Positions 26,651 to 36,436 of a stretch of 48,065 nucleotides of DNA are shown in pieces. Position 1 is the stretch's first letter. Each line of letters begins with the position of its first letter. The translations under genes and the position numbers were made by a program. Source of the DNA: Prosthecobacter sp. (GTDB lineage: Bacteria > Verrucomicrobiota > Verrucomicrobiia > Verrucomicrobiales > Verrucomicrobiaceae); contig JBKCXA010000347.1 of the NCBI GenBank assembly GCA_046316935.1, forward strand, positions 1 to 48,065, read 5' to 3'. The notes under the pieces are model-generated. The model did no database searches. It saw only the letters and a program-made list of their open reading frames with translations, and was not told the origin of the DNA.

Positions 26651-27459
26651 CGCCTGCCGTGCCCACGTCCAGCCCGTCGTGCGCGGTGGTCATCTCCTCC
26701 TGTGATGCCTACAGCGACCTGTGGCCCTATTTTTTCCACTTTTTCTTCAAGCACTGGCCGCAGGTGCCGCAGCCGGTCTATCTGATCGCAAATGAGCGCA
26801 GCTACCGCGATCCACGGGTGAGGACGATCCGCGTGGGCCCGGACCTGCAGTGGGGCAGCAACACCCGCGCCGCGATCGAGCAGGTGGATGCCGAACTCGT
26901 GCTGCTACTGCTCGATGACTTCTTCTTCGACGCCCCGTTTCCCCAAGAGACGTTTGGGCGCACGCTGGAGCAGTTCGAAGCCCATGAAGGCAAATTACTG
27001 GAAATGCGGCTGCATGGCAGCGCGGGCGAGCCGGTGGAAGGCACCTGGTTCCGCCGTGCCGATCCACAAAACCTCTGCGCTGGCATCAACTCGAACCTCT
27101 GGCGGAAGGATCTGCTTCTGGACATCGCCCGGCCCGGCCTAAACATCTGGCAATGTGAAAGCCAGGTGCGGCAAAAGCTCCGCGAAGGCGAGCGGAGCTT
27201 TTTCTTCATGGATCAGGAGGCGCCGAAGCAGATTTCCTTTGTGGAAGGTGTGCGCGGACGATTCTGGAAGCCGGAAGGCCTGGCCTACATGCGCCAGAAC
27301 GGCATCCAGCCCGATCTCGTCTGGCGCCCCTGCCCGCCGCAAGGGAACAGCTTCTTTGCCAAGCTCATCCGAAGCTGGCAAAAACGCCGCATGGACCGCC
27401 GCCGCGCCGCGATGGTGACTCCGCCGGACATGGAGATCCTGCCGTTGGACCAGTCATGA
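26647..27459 (+). CDS. Hypothetical glycosyltransferase-like protein
   Basis: ISSCDAYSDLW, LLLLDDFF acidic motif; ATGA-coupled in a three-gene operon. Confidence 0.7.
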   Translation: MTPAVPTSSPSCAVVISSCDAYSDLWPYFFHFFFKHWPQVPQPVYLIANERSYRDPRVRTIRVGPDLQWGSNTRAAIEQVDAELVLLLLDDFFFDAPFPQETFGRTLEQFEAHEGKLLEMRLHGSAGEPVEGTWFRRADPQNLCAGINSNLWRKDLLLDIARPGLNIWQCESQVRQKLREGERSFFFMDQEAPKQISFVEGVRGRFWKPEGLAYMRQNGIQPDLVWRPCPPQGNSFFAKLIRSWQKRRMDRRRAAMVTPPDMEILPLDQS

Positions 27460-28616
27460 AACGCGGAAGCCTCAAGCACCTCGCCGAGCGGGCCATCCAC
27501 GATGCCCACAGCAGCCTGCGCAGGCCTCCCGCGATGATCTCGTCCGACGAGAAGTCTGGCGGCGAATGCCATCTTCTCGTCGAGGCAGGCAGCGCCTCGG
27601 TGATGCTCGACGACGAATGCGTCTTCCACGTCATGGACCTCCCGCCCTCGATCACACGATGGAGCAAGGCCTGCTGTCACATCTTTCGCGATGCCCACGT
27701 CGTGGGCGATCAAGGGCATGTCTTCACGAGTAATGGCTCGTTTGTGAATCTATGCCCGAGTTTTGCCCGGCTGGACCCCGCGAAGATCCGTCATCCGATT
27801 CCGATAATGGCGAAGAGATTGGAAGGCCCCGTTTTCCACCTCACAGGCCGCGATCATGAAAATCACGGGCACTTTTTGATGCAGCATCTGCCAAGGCTGA
27901 TGGCGGCCAGCTCGTTCCTCGAAGCGAACCGCCTAACGCCCACCATTCTGACAGCCACAGGCCATGAGAAATGGCAGGGCAGGTATCTGGGGACCTTGGG
28001 TGATCTGGGGGCCAAAGTGGCCCCGTGCAGGAAGGGCACCCTCAGCGTGCCGCATCTGATCTATGTGCCGATGCTCTGGCAGGAAGGCTATCTCGGCCCG
28101 CCCATCTACTACCAGCAGATGCAGAGGTACTTCCGCGCTTTTGCGGGCGTCAGCGACGCAGCTCCGCCATCAGGCAGGCCCGTCTTTGTGACCCGCAGGG
28201 ATGCCCCCACGAGACGCCTGGCGAATGAAACGGAGATCCTTGCGGTCTGCCGCGAGAGGCTGGGCGAGATCGATGTGGTGGACCTTCCCAAAACGCCCTT
28301 CCTCGAGCAGATCCGTCGCTTTGCGGACGCCCCGCTCGTCATCGGCCCTCAGGGCCAGGGCCTGACGAACATCATTTTCTCCCGCCAGAGCCGCCTGCTG
28401 ATTCTCGAGGCCGGCACCTCACCCGTCACGCATGGCTGGGTGAACGCCTACCGTGACTTTGCGTGCATGACGGGCAATTCCGCGCTCCGTCTCTTTTCCG
28501 GACTGCCCTGGCCTGACGATGGCGACTGGCTATTTCCGGCAGAGGAGTTTCGCAGGCAGCTCGACCGGGTGGTCTCTCTCGGGCTTCATGAGCACCGGCC
28601 CGCCAGACTCCTCTGA
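27456..28616 (+). CDS. Glycosyltransferase family 61 (DUF563)-like protein
   Basis: NHGHFLMQHLPRL, VFVTRRDA..RRLANE, FLEQIRRF..A.LVIGPQGQGLTN. Confidence 0.82.
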   Translation: MKRGSLKHLAERAIHDAHSSLRRPPAMISSDEKSGGECHLLVEAGSASVMLDDECVFHVMDLPPSITRWSKACCHIFRDAHVVGDQGHVFTSNGSFVNLCPSFARLDPAKIRHPIPIMAKRLEGPVFHLTGRDHENHGHFLMQHLPRLMAASSFLEANRLTPTILTATGHEKWQGRYLGTLGDLGAKVAPCRKGTLSVPHLIYVPMLWQEGYLGPPIYYQQMQRYFRAFAGVSDAAPPSGRPVFVTRRDAPTRRLANETEILAVCRERLGEIDVVDLPKTPFLEQIRRFADAPLVIGPQGQGLTNIIFSRQSRLLILEAGTSPVTHGWVNAYRDFACMTGNSALRLFSGLPWPDDGDWLFPAEEFRRQLDRVVSLGLHEHRPARLL

Positions 28617-28617
28617 C

Positions 28618-29322
28618 TCACGGCCTGAAATAGAACGCGTTGGCGTAAATCATGACGCCCTGCTCGTTCCTGCGGAACTCCTGCATGAAGGCCAGCTTGA
28701 ACCCGGCCTGCTCCAGGAAGACATGCGTGTCACAAAACACCGCGCCACCTTCGTAAAGGGAGCAAAAATTCACCTCGATGTAGATCGACTGGATCCGCTC
28801 CAGAAGATCCCCGCATCCGCGCAGCACCTTCAACTCCGCGCCCTGCACATCGATCTTCGCGATGTCGAAGTGCTTGATGTCCCGCAGGGCGGGCAGTTCA
28901 TCGAGGCGGCGGGTTTCGATGCGTGTCTCCTTCACGGCATGAAAGGGCCGCTGCAGCAGCCCGCCGGCATTCCCCACCGGAGCGAGCAGCGAGCTGGAGT
29001 CCGCATGATTGAGCACCTGGAGCGTCGTGCTGCCGGATTCGTCCGAAAGCGCATACGGCAGCACCTGGCAGCGCGGGTCGGCCTGGTAGTGTTTTTGCAG
29101 AAAAGCCACCGAATCGGCGAAAGGCTCGAAGAGGAAAACCTTGTCCACTTCATGGTGCCGCAGCATGCGGTCGGTGAACTCGCCATGATAGGCACCGATG
29201 TCCAGAATGGTCCGGAAAGGTCCCGGCGGGAACTGGCGGAAGAAGCGGAAGTCCCGTCGGCTGTCCTTGTTCAGGCAGAGCAGCGCTTTGCGGAGGGAGG
29301 AGGCATGGATTTGGGGCTTCAT
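28618..29322 (-). CDS. FkbM family methyltransferase
   Basis: ILDIGAYHGEF, FEPF, ALSD..G, AKIDVQGAELKVL.G; ATGA overlap with upstream gene. Confidence 0.9.
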   Translation of the reverse strand: MKPQIHASSLRKALLCLNKDSRRDFRFFRQFPPGPFRTILDIGAYHGEFTDRMLRHHEVDKVFLFEPFADSVAFLQKHYQADPRCQVLPYALSDESGSTTLQVLNHADSSSLLAPVGNAGGLLQRPFHAVKETRIETRRLDELPALRDIKHFDIAKIDVQGAELKVLRGCGDLLERIQSIYIEVNFCSLYEGGAVFCDTHVFLEQAGFKLAFMQEFRRNEQGVMIYANAFYFRP

Positions 29323-30296
29323 GAGCGTGCGGCGGCGGTCCGGCGGAAGATTTTGGCCCACCGTCGCGCGGCGGCCTCGGCGGTAAACTGGGATTCAAAC
29401 CTTTCACGGCCTGCCATGCCCATCCGGCGGCATAGGGCAGGGTCTCCGGCAAGCGCGAGCAAGTGCTTCGTCCACGAGCTCAATTCGGCCGCGTAAAGCC
29501 CGCTGCCATGCTCTCCGAGCATCTCCACCGTGCCAGACAAGGCGGAGGCCACGCAGGGAATGCCGGCCGCCATGTATTGCAGGGCCTTGATGGGCGATTT
29601 GCCATGATTGAAGGGCGTGTCCGGGAGCGGAAGCAGGCCGATGGTGAAAGAGTGCAGCACCTCGATCTGCCTGGGGGCGTCAAACGGCACAAAATCAATC
29701 TCCACATCCAGTTCCGGCCGCACGCCGCTGAAAATGCGGATCACCACCTCCGGCATCGCGGCTTTGACCTCCTGCAGTGCTTTTTCGATGCTGCGCAGTT
29801 GAAAGTGATTCCCCGGTGCTCCCGCCCAGCCGATTACCGCCGGGCCATTCACCGGCTTGGCAGCGTTCCATTCCCTCGCGGGCAACGTCATCGGAAGAAC
29901 CTCGACAGCCGTGTGCCTCCTCAAATGCGCGGCCAGATACTCGTTCGCAGGCACCGCGAGCTTTGAGAGCTTTAAACAGGCAGCGAGGCGGTGGTTCGTG
30001 CGCCAGCGGGTGAGGAAATGATGCTTTTTCTCCAGCGGATGCCAGGTGGCGTCATCAATATCGAAGATCACCGGCAGCCCCGACCGGATCAGACGCTGGC
30101 GGCGTGAGCGGGAGAGCAGCTTTTTCTGAAGCAGAATGCCATCGTATCCTGCAAAGTCCGCTATGTGGTCCATCTTCGATGCCTCACGACATACCAGCTC
30201 GATTCCCTCCTCACGGAGCAGCGGCACATACTGATGAATGCGGAAGACCGTGCTGGCGCATTTTTCATCTCCAAAGGTAAGGGCCAGCCACTTCAT
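29319..30296 (-). CDS. Glycosyltransferase family 4 protein
   Basis: IFDIDDA, IGWAG, GKSPIKALQYMAAGIPCVAS. Confidence 0.88.
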   Translation of the reverse strand: MKWLALTFGDEKCASTVFRIHQYVPLLREEGIELVCREASKMDHIADFAGYDGILLQKKLLSRSRRQRLIRSGLPVIFDIDDATWHPLEKKHHFLTRWRTNHRLAACLKLSKLAVPANEYLAAHLRRHTAVEVLPMTLPAREWNAAKPVNGPAVIGWAGAPGNHFQLRSIEKALQEVKAAMPEVVIRIFSGVRPELDVEIDFVPFDAPRQIEVLHSFTIGLLPLPDTPFNHGKSPIKALQYMAAGIPCVASALSGTVEMLGEHGSGLYAAELSSWTKHLLALAGDPALCRRMGMAGRERFESQFTAEAAARRWAKIFRRTAAARS

Positions 30297-31312
30297 GACA
30301 CGTTGGAAAGCATGCGTTCACAGGCGGCGATGACATCCTGCCCGGTAATGTCGAGCATCGAGCGCTGCGCTGCCTCCTCGACAAAGGCGGGAAACTCTCG
30401 CGGAAGGGGCCCTCCAGCCCGCACGATCTCGTGGCGGCACTTCCACGGCCCCCAGTGGGACTCGATGGACTGCGCAAACAAGGCCACCACCGGTGTCTGG
30501 CATGCCGCCGCCAGATGCATGGCGGCGGTGTCGAGGCCGGTGAACAGCTTCGCCCCTTTGATCAGGCGGGCGAGCTCGCTCCAAGACCGCGTTCCCCGCG
30601 TGCATCGGGCATCCTCACCCAAGGCGTGGGTGATCTCCTCCGCCATCCGCACCTCCACAGGATCCGGCCCCGAGGAGATCACACAGCGCAGCCCGCGGCC
30701 AGCCAGCCATCGTCCGACGCTGACCCACCGTTCCACCGGCCATGCTTTCCGCTTCCAGCGTGAAACAGGATGGATGACCACATAGTCAGCACCTTCCGCC
30801 ACGAGCGGGTCCACACCCTCCGGCGCGTCAAAAACAAGCGGTGGAACCTCATCACCCAGCGGCAGAAACTCGGACACCAGACGGTAGTCTTTTTCCACGC
30901 GGTGCATCAGCTGCCAGTCCTGCGTGCTGGTGCCGGTGAAGGCATTTTCGAAGTGCTTTGGCACCACCCAGCCCCAGCGGCTCGCGATGCGGTTTTTCGC
31001 ACCGCTGAACTTTGTGATCCAGCGTCCTCTATCCCCATCCCCAAGCTCGAAAACCCAGTCAAAGCCCGTCGTGCGGATGTGGATCATGTTTTTGAGATCG
31101 TTCCACCACCCAAACCCGCGCTTGTGTCTCTCAGGTGCTGCGGACACGAGAACCTCGTCGATGTCTTTACATCCCGCGAGAATGCCCTCCGTGCCCGCAC
31201 GCACGAGCACGCTGATGCGCGCCTCGGGGTGACGTTCCCGGATGCCTCGAATCGCAGGCGTCATGATCAGCACATCACCGATGTTTTTCAGTTTGATAAG
31301 CAGGATCTTCAT
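30293..31312 (-). CDS. Glycosyltransferase family 9 (LPS heptosyltransferase, RfaQ-like)
   Basis: MKILLIKLKNIGDVL, VIHPVSRWKRKAWP, FTGLDTAAMHLAAA...PVVALF; alternative GTG start at 31327. Confidence 0.9.
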   Translation of the reverse strand: MKILLIKLKNIGDVLIMTPAIRGIRERHPEARISVLVRAGTEGILAGCKDIDEVLVSAAPERHKRGFGWWNDLKNMIHIRTTGFDWVFELGDGDRGRWITKFSGAKNRIASRWGWVVPKHFENAFTGTSTQDWQLMHRVEKDYRLVSEFLPLGDEVPPLVFDAPEGVDPLVAEGADYVVIHPVSRWKRKAWPVERWVSVGRWLAGRGLRCVISSGPDPVEVRMAEEITHALGEDARCTRGTRSWSELARLIKGAKLFTGLDTAAMHLAAACQTPVVALFAQSIESHWGPWKCRHEIVRAGGPLPREFPAFVEEAAQRSMLDITGQDVIAACERMLSNVS

Positions 31313-31327
31313 CTGCGACGGCGGCAC

Positions 31328-32290
31328 TTAAGATGCCATGTGCGAAACACGTTCAAAATCAGCATCAACCATGAGGCGGATCATCATCTCAAAACTGGTG
31401 ACGGGCTGCCAGCCTGTTTCCCGGTGGATTTTATCAGAGCAGCCGAGCAGGGGGACCTGGGTTTCAATCCTGCCGTAAGCGGGGTTGACACGCACATGGT
31501 TGTTCCAGTCGAGCCCGAGGTGCGAAAACGCCACCTGGCAAATATCGCGCACAGAATGCAGGACCCCGGTTGAAACCACATAGTCGGAGGGTTCTGGCAG
31601 CCGGATGATGGCCCGCATGGCTTTCACGTAATCGGGCGCGAACCCCCAATCGCGTTTTGCATCTAGGTCTCCCACTTCGACAGTCTGGCGAAGACCTGCT
31701 TTGATCTCGGCCGCCGCCGCGGTGATTTTCCGCGTGACGAACTCCCGGGGGCGCCGCGGGCTTTCGTGATTATAGAGGATGCCCACGGCACAATACATTC
31801 CGAAATCATCCCGGTAGTTTCTCACGATGTGGTAGCTGGCCAGCTTGCTGATTCCATAGGCGCTGCGCGGCGTGAATGGCGTCTGCTCCGTTTGCGGGGC
31901 GGTCTGCGGCCGGCCAAACATCTCGCTCGACCCGGCAAAGTAAACGCGGCAGGAAGGTTGGAACTGGTGAAGCGCGGCCATCAAATGATGGGTGCAGGAG
32001 ATGTTGTTCTGAATCGTGTGCCACCCGTCGGCGAGCTTCTCACCGACAAAGCTGGATGCCGCCAGATGATAGCACTCGTCGAATTGAGTTTGTGAAAGCA
32101 GCGAGCAGATCAGCGGCATGTTGTCGAGCCTGGCCACATGCAGGGTGCATTTGTCATACAACGGGTCTTTGCGAGTCTCGATCTGCGGCCGTTGTATGAA
32201 CCCGTGCACCTCACAACCATCTTCGATGAGCTGGCGGGCCAGATAATATCCGTCCTGGCCTGTGATTCCTGTGATCAGCACCTTCTTCAT
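31328..32290 (-). CDS. gmd: GDP-mannose 4,6-dehydratase
   Basis: LITGITGQDG, HLAASSFV, SSEMFG, YGISK, NHESPRR..FVTRKI, KRDWGFAPDYV. Confidence 0.88.
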   Translation of the reverse strand: MKKVLITGITGQDGYYLARQLIEDGCEVHGFIQRPQIETRKDPLYDKCTLHVARLDNMPLICSLLSQTQFDECYHLAASSFVGEKLADGWHTIQNNISCTHHLMAALHQFQPSCRVYFAGSSEMFGRPQTAPQTEQTPFTPRSAYGISKLASYHIVRNYRDDFGMYCAVGILYNHESPRRPREFVTRKITAAAAEIKAGLRQTVEVGDLDAKRDWGFAPDYVKAMRAIIRLPEPSDYVVSTGVLHSVRDICQVAFSHLGLDWNNHVRVNPAYGRIETQVPLLGCSDKIHRETGWQPVTSFEMMIRLMVDADFERVSHMAS

Positions 32291-33408
32291 TGGTTTCTCG
32301 TTTCTGCGGGTTCGCGATACGAGCGCAGTCGGCTGACGATTGAAACGACTTTTTCGGGCACGGAGGGGATTGGAGGCATCGGCAGGGAAGATCTACCGAG
32401 AGCGAGCAGACCGGCCTCATCTTCGAACACATGAACCCCGGTGTGGTGGCCGGTGCTTCGGGCCGCCACCGGGTTTGCGATGACGGGCACGCCGGCCATG
32501 AGCAATTCCGCAACGCGGGTCAGCGCACCGGTGGCGAGAGGCTGGTGGATCAGCGTGGCACTCGCCCCCGCGAGGAGTTCGTCCAGCTTTTCAGCGGAGA
32601 CTCGTCCATGGAAGTGGAAGCGAGGATGGCTGAACTCGGAGCGCATCGTGTCTGTCCCGGTTCCGATGACGTCAACGGCTGGTGAGTCCGCGGCTTGATC
32701 CTGTGAGAGCATCTTCAGAAGTGCCACCATTCCCTGGCGGGTGGGAGGATTCGTCGTCGTCCCCATGATGAGAAAGCGCCCGCTGTCAGGTTTCTCGATG
32801 CGCTGCTGCCGGACCTTGAGCATCTGCTCTCTCACCGGCCGCGGTGGGTGGTAGGGCAGAAAACCTGCCACGATGCCGTGATGCGCCATGAACCACTGTT
32901 CCGTCTGGCAGATCGCGTCCACATGGTCGGCCAACCGCAGCGCCGCCATCTCGGCGCACACCTCGGCGAGGGGATAGTCCGAGGGACGGCGAATGATCCT
33001 GCCTCTGGCGAGGGCCTCGATGTTTTGTGGCGCGGCATAAACCGGGAGACCGGCCTCTCTCGCCAAGAGTGGTGAAAGGTATCCCACAGGCCGCGTGTTC
33101 TCCCAGAGGAGCAGGCGGAGGTCTTTTCCAGTCTTCAGAGCATTTCGGAACCGCAGGCTGTTTCTCCCCCAGCGCCGCAGCCACCTCCAACCGCTGCCCG
33201 GAGGCATGCGATACCTCAGCAGTGCTTTCAAGCCAGCGGCATAACATGCCACGTTTGAGACCGCCAATGTCACCGGCATGACCATGGCCTCAAAGCCGGC
33301 CTCCTCCACGATCTCCCGAAGTTGCAGCGAGCGATGCCTCCCGCCATGGCCGGGCTCTGTGTTCGAATAAATGAGGTCGCAGAGGACCGCTGGACGATGA
33401 TCTGTCAT
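32287..33408 (-). CDS. Hypothetical glycosyltransferase-like protein
   Basis: Coupled in the operon; GT-B-like C-terminus (GALTRVAELLMAGVPVIAN). Confidence 0.7.
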   Translation of the reverse strand: MTDHRPAVLCDLIYSNTEPGHGGRHRSLQLREIVEEAGFEAMVMPVTLAVSNVACYAAGLKALLRYRMPPGSGWRWLRRWGRNSLRFRNALKTGKDLRLLLWENTRPVGYLSPLLAREAGLPVYAAPQNIEALARGRIIRRPSDYPLAEVCAEMAALRLADHVDAICQTEQWFMAHHGIVAGFLPYHPPRPVREQMLKVRQQRIEKPDSGRFLIMGTTTNPPTRQGMVALLKMLSQDQAADSPAVDVIGTGTDTMRSEFSHPRFHFHGRVSAEKLDELLAGASATLIHQPLATGALTRVAELLMAGVPVIANPVAARSTGHHTGVHVFEDEAGLLALGRSSLPMPPIPSVPEKVVSIVSRLRSYREPAETRNQ

Positions 33409-34295
33409 TCAGCGAACAGCCGGGTGCGATGTTGGAAAAGCAGGGAGGCCAAGGCTCGCAATGATGTTAGCATTCCTGCCTTCTTGCTCCGGCACAATGT
33501 CCAGAACGCCTTCAATGCCAGCCGTGTCCTGCCGCCCTCCGGCAGCGATGCATAAAGAGGCTGCTTCCGAATGTCCTCGAAAGCCTCCAGTGCGATGGCC
33601 AGGTAAGGACTCCGTGCGGCAAACCCCTCGATGCCCTGGCTGCGCGCGATACGATCAAAGCTCGTGGCATTCCAGTTGTAGTCCCGATGAATGATCGTGT
33701 CGTCGAGAGCGCGGATTTTCCCCTGCCAGGCCATGCCGGCCACGAAAAACCAGTCTGTGCCCATCACCACCCGCTGCGGGACCTTTTTCACCTGCTCAAG
33801 GCGCATGAGGCTGTAGTAAATGCCATTGTCACCCACGGCCTGGTAGTAGGAGAGAAGGCGATGCTCCGGGGCATCCTGATCGAGCGTGATGACCCGCCCT
33901 TCATGACTGTAAACCCCCTGCTTGTAGTAACGAACTCTTCCGTAGGCACCCACGTGATCCGGGTGCTGGTCAAGAAACCCGGCGCAGGTCGAGAGATAGC
34001 CTTCCCCAAGCCAGTCATCATCCGCCAGCCACATGAAATACTCTCCGCGGCAATGCGGCAGGCCGGACATGAAGTTGGCGATGGACCCCATGTTCTCAGG
34101 ATGCCTGAGGTAACGCACACGCTCATCCTTGGCACACAGATCGCGGGCCACCGAAGTGGTGTCGTCCGAGGAGGCATTGTCACAGATGATCAACTCAAAC
34201 CGCGGATAGTCCTGGGACAATACAGACTCCACCGCGTGCCGCAGCCCCGCTGAACGGTTGTATGTTGTCAGGCAGATGCTGATAAGCGCAGGCAT
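33405..34295 (-). CDS. Glycosyltransferase family 2 protein
   Basis: ISICLTTYNR, IICDNASSDDT, YFMWLADDD. Confidence 0.92.
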   Translation of the reverse strand: MPALISICLTTYNRSAGLRHAVESVLSQDYPRFELIICDNASSDDTTSVARDLCAKDERVRYLRHPENMGSIANFMSGLPHCRGEYFMWLADDDWLGEGYLSTCAGFLDQHPDHVGAYGRVRYYKQGVYSHEGRVITLDQDAPEHRLLSYYQAVGDNGIYYSLMRLEQVKKVPQRVVMGTDWFFVAGMAWQGKIRALDDTIIHRDYNWNATSFDRIARSQGIEGFAARSPYLAIALEAFEDIRKQPLYASLPEGGRTRLALKAFWTLCRSKKAGMLTSLRALASLLFQHRTRLFAE

Positions 34296-34300
34296 CTCTT

Positions 34301-36202
34301 TTACGCGACCTCCACCTCCGCCACGGCATCCTCGCTGCTGAACTGGAGGTTGTACAGCTTCTGGTATAGCGGATTGCGCTCCAGCAGCTCCGCGTGCGTG
34401 CCGCGATCCACGATTAGCCCCTTTTCCATCACCACGATCTGGTCAGCCTCAAGGATCGTCGAAAGACGATGAGCGATGGCGACGACGGTCTTGCCCTCGG
34501 AAAGCGTGTGAATGGCCTCCTGGATGATTTTTTCGCTCTCTGTGTCGAGAGCGGAGGTGGCCTCGTCGAGCAGTAGGATGGGAGCATTGCGCAGGATGGC
34601 ACGGGCGATCGAGAGACGCTGCTTTTGACCTCCCGAGAGCTTGCAGCCGCCCTCGCCGACAACGGCCTCATAGCTGCCGACGATCTCCTCGATGAACTCA
34701 TGCGCGTGTGCCTTCTTCGCCGCCTCGATAATCTCCTCGTCCGTGGCATCCAGGCGCCCGTAGCGGATGTTTTCCTTGATGGTAGCGTGAAACAGGAAGG
34801 TGTCCTGGCTGACGACGCCGATGTTGGAGCGGAGCGATGTCTGGGTGATGCTGCGGATGTCGTCGCTGTCCAGGAGGATCGCGCCTTGATCCGTGTCATA
34901 AAAGCGTAGGATGAGCGAGTAGAGGGTGCTTTTCCCTGCGCCGCTCGGGCCGACGAGGGCGTAGAACTTGCCAGGCTCGAGCTGGAGATTGATGTTTTTG
35001 ACAGCCGGAACGTCCTTCTTGGTCCCGTCAGGCTCCGTGTAAGCGAACGTGACATCACGGAACTCCACCGCCCCGTAGGCCCGCCCGACCGTGCGGGCGT
35101 CAGGCGCGTCCAGGATGTCCGGCACGGTCTCCAGCAGCTTGAAGACCAGCTCGGCTGCAGCTCCCGTGCGCTGAAGGACCATCTGCACGCGGCTCAGCTC
35201 CTTCAAGGGAGGGTAGATCTGGGTCAGTGCCAGGACGAGGATGAAAAAGTTTTCGGCCTCAAGGCCCCGGTGCCAGGCATAGACAAGACCCGCCCCGATG
35301 CCGATCGAGGCCACGGACTCCACGATGGGGCCGATCATCTCCGAGTGCTTCGTCCATCTCAGCATGAAATCCACCATGCTCTCGTTGCTCCGGCGGAACC
35401 GCTCGCACTCATGCGGCTCGCGGGCGTAGGACTTCACCAGGCGGATGCCGGCGAAGGACTCATGCAGCACGACCATCATGTCACTGGCCTCATTCAATTC
35501 GCCCTCGCCGCTGGCCCGTGCCCGCTTGCCCAGGCGGATAATCGGCCATAGGCACGCCGGGAAGACAAACAAGGCCACCGATGTGAAAACCCAGTCCTGC
35601 GCAAACAGCACCACCAGGATCGAAATAATGGTCACCGGACGCTGGACGACGATCTGGATGAGCATCATCGCATTGGTATGCACGGCGGTGGTCATGTTGA
35701 TGACCGTTTGCATCAACTCACCCGTCCGCGCATTGCTAAAGAAGGCGGGCGACTGGCGCATGATGCTTGAGTAGGTGTCGTTGCGGATCGCGTAAACCAC
35801 CTTGCTCGCCACCCATGCCTGGAGGTACACGGAAAGATAACCTAGGAATCCCCGGATGAAGATCAGCACCGGAATGCACGAGCAGGCGAGGATCACCCCG
35901 ATGATCCCCACCGGGGTATCCGCCGACAGGCCGAGGATCTCCGCAGGGTTCAGTTTACCGATGATGGGAAGATTCACCTCCTCGCCCAGCGTACGGGTCT
36001 GCCCCTTGAGCACGAGGGAGAAGATCAACTGGAAGCCGATGAGCATCAGGCCGTTGAACGCGGCGCTCGCCGCCCCAAGCAGCACGCTCAGCAGCAGTCT
36101 CCATTTGTAAGGGAAGACATAAGTGCTGATCGACCCCATCGTCCGCCACAGAATGCGAAAGGCATCAGAGGCACGAATCGAACTAATCCATTTAGAGAAC
36201 AT
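34301..36202 (-). CDS. MsbA-like ABC transporter (permease + ATPase)
   Basis: N-terminal TM domain; Walker A GPSGAGKS, LSGGQKQR, LLLDEATSALD, IAHRLST. Confidence 0.92.
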   Translation of the reverse strand: MFSKWISSIRASDAFRILWRTMGSISTYVFPYKWRLLLSVLLGAASAAFNGLMLIGFQLIFSLVLKGQTRTLGEEVNLPIIGKLNPAEILGLSADTPVGIIGVILACSCIPVLIFIRGFLGYLSVYLQAWVASKVVYAIRNDTYSSIMRQSPAFFSNARTGELMQTVINMTTAVHTNAMMLIQIVVQRPVTIISILVVLFAQDWVFTSVALFVFPACLWPIIRLGKRARASGEGELNEASDMMVVLHESFAGIRLVKSYAREPHECERFRRSNESMVDFMLRWTKHSEMIGPIVESVASIGIGAGLVYAWHRGLEAENFFILVLALTQIYPPLKELSRVQMVLQRTGAAAELVFKLLETVPDILDAPDARTVGRAYGAVEFRDVTFAYTEPDGTKKDVPAVKNINLQLEPGKFYALVGPSGAGKSTLYSLILRFYDTDQGAILLDSDDIRSITQTSLRSNIGVVSQDTFLFHATIKENIRYGRLDATDEEIIEAAKKAHAHEFIEEIVGSYEAVVGEGGCKLSGGQKQRLSIARAILRNAPILLLDEATSALDTESEKIIQEAIHTLSEGKTVVAIAHRLSTILEADQIVVMEKGLIVDRGTHAELLERNPLYQKLYNLQFSSEDAVAEVEVA

Positions 36203-36278
36203 GAAATCGGTGGTTGTGTGACAAACTTGCGGGCCGGAAAAAACCTTCTGCGGCGACCTTGAGTATCATGAAGAGGAG

Positions 36279-36417
36279 CCGGCTTAAACCCATCAATGTG
36301 CCTTTAATCATACAAAGCCAGATGTTTGCCAATTCAATCATCCGTCACCACCAGAGAACCGAGGTCAGAGGACTTCCGCATGAATTCCTCGATCGGGCCA
36401 AAGTTGGGGATCTCCCG
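36279..36417 (-). pseudogene. Degenerate duplicate of the 3' end (plus ~25 nt downstream) of the 39839-41017 glycosyltransferase
   Basis: Reads EIPNFGPIEEFMRKSSDLGSLVVTDD*IGKHLALYD* versus KIPNAGPVEVFMRKSSDLGALALMDDCIRKHVALYD*; about 93/114 nt identical to 39839-39952; internal TGA. Confidence 0.9.
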
Positions 36418-36436
36418 GCGACGAGGAGGAAGGTAT

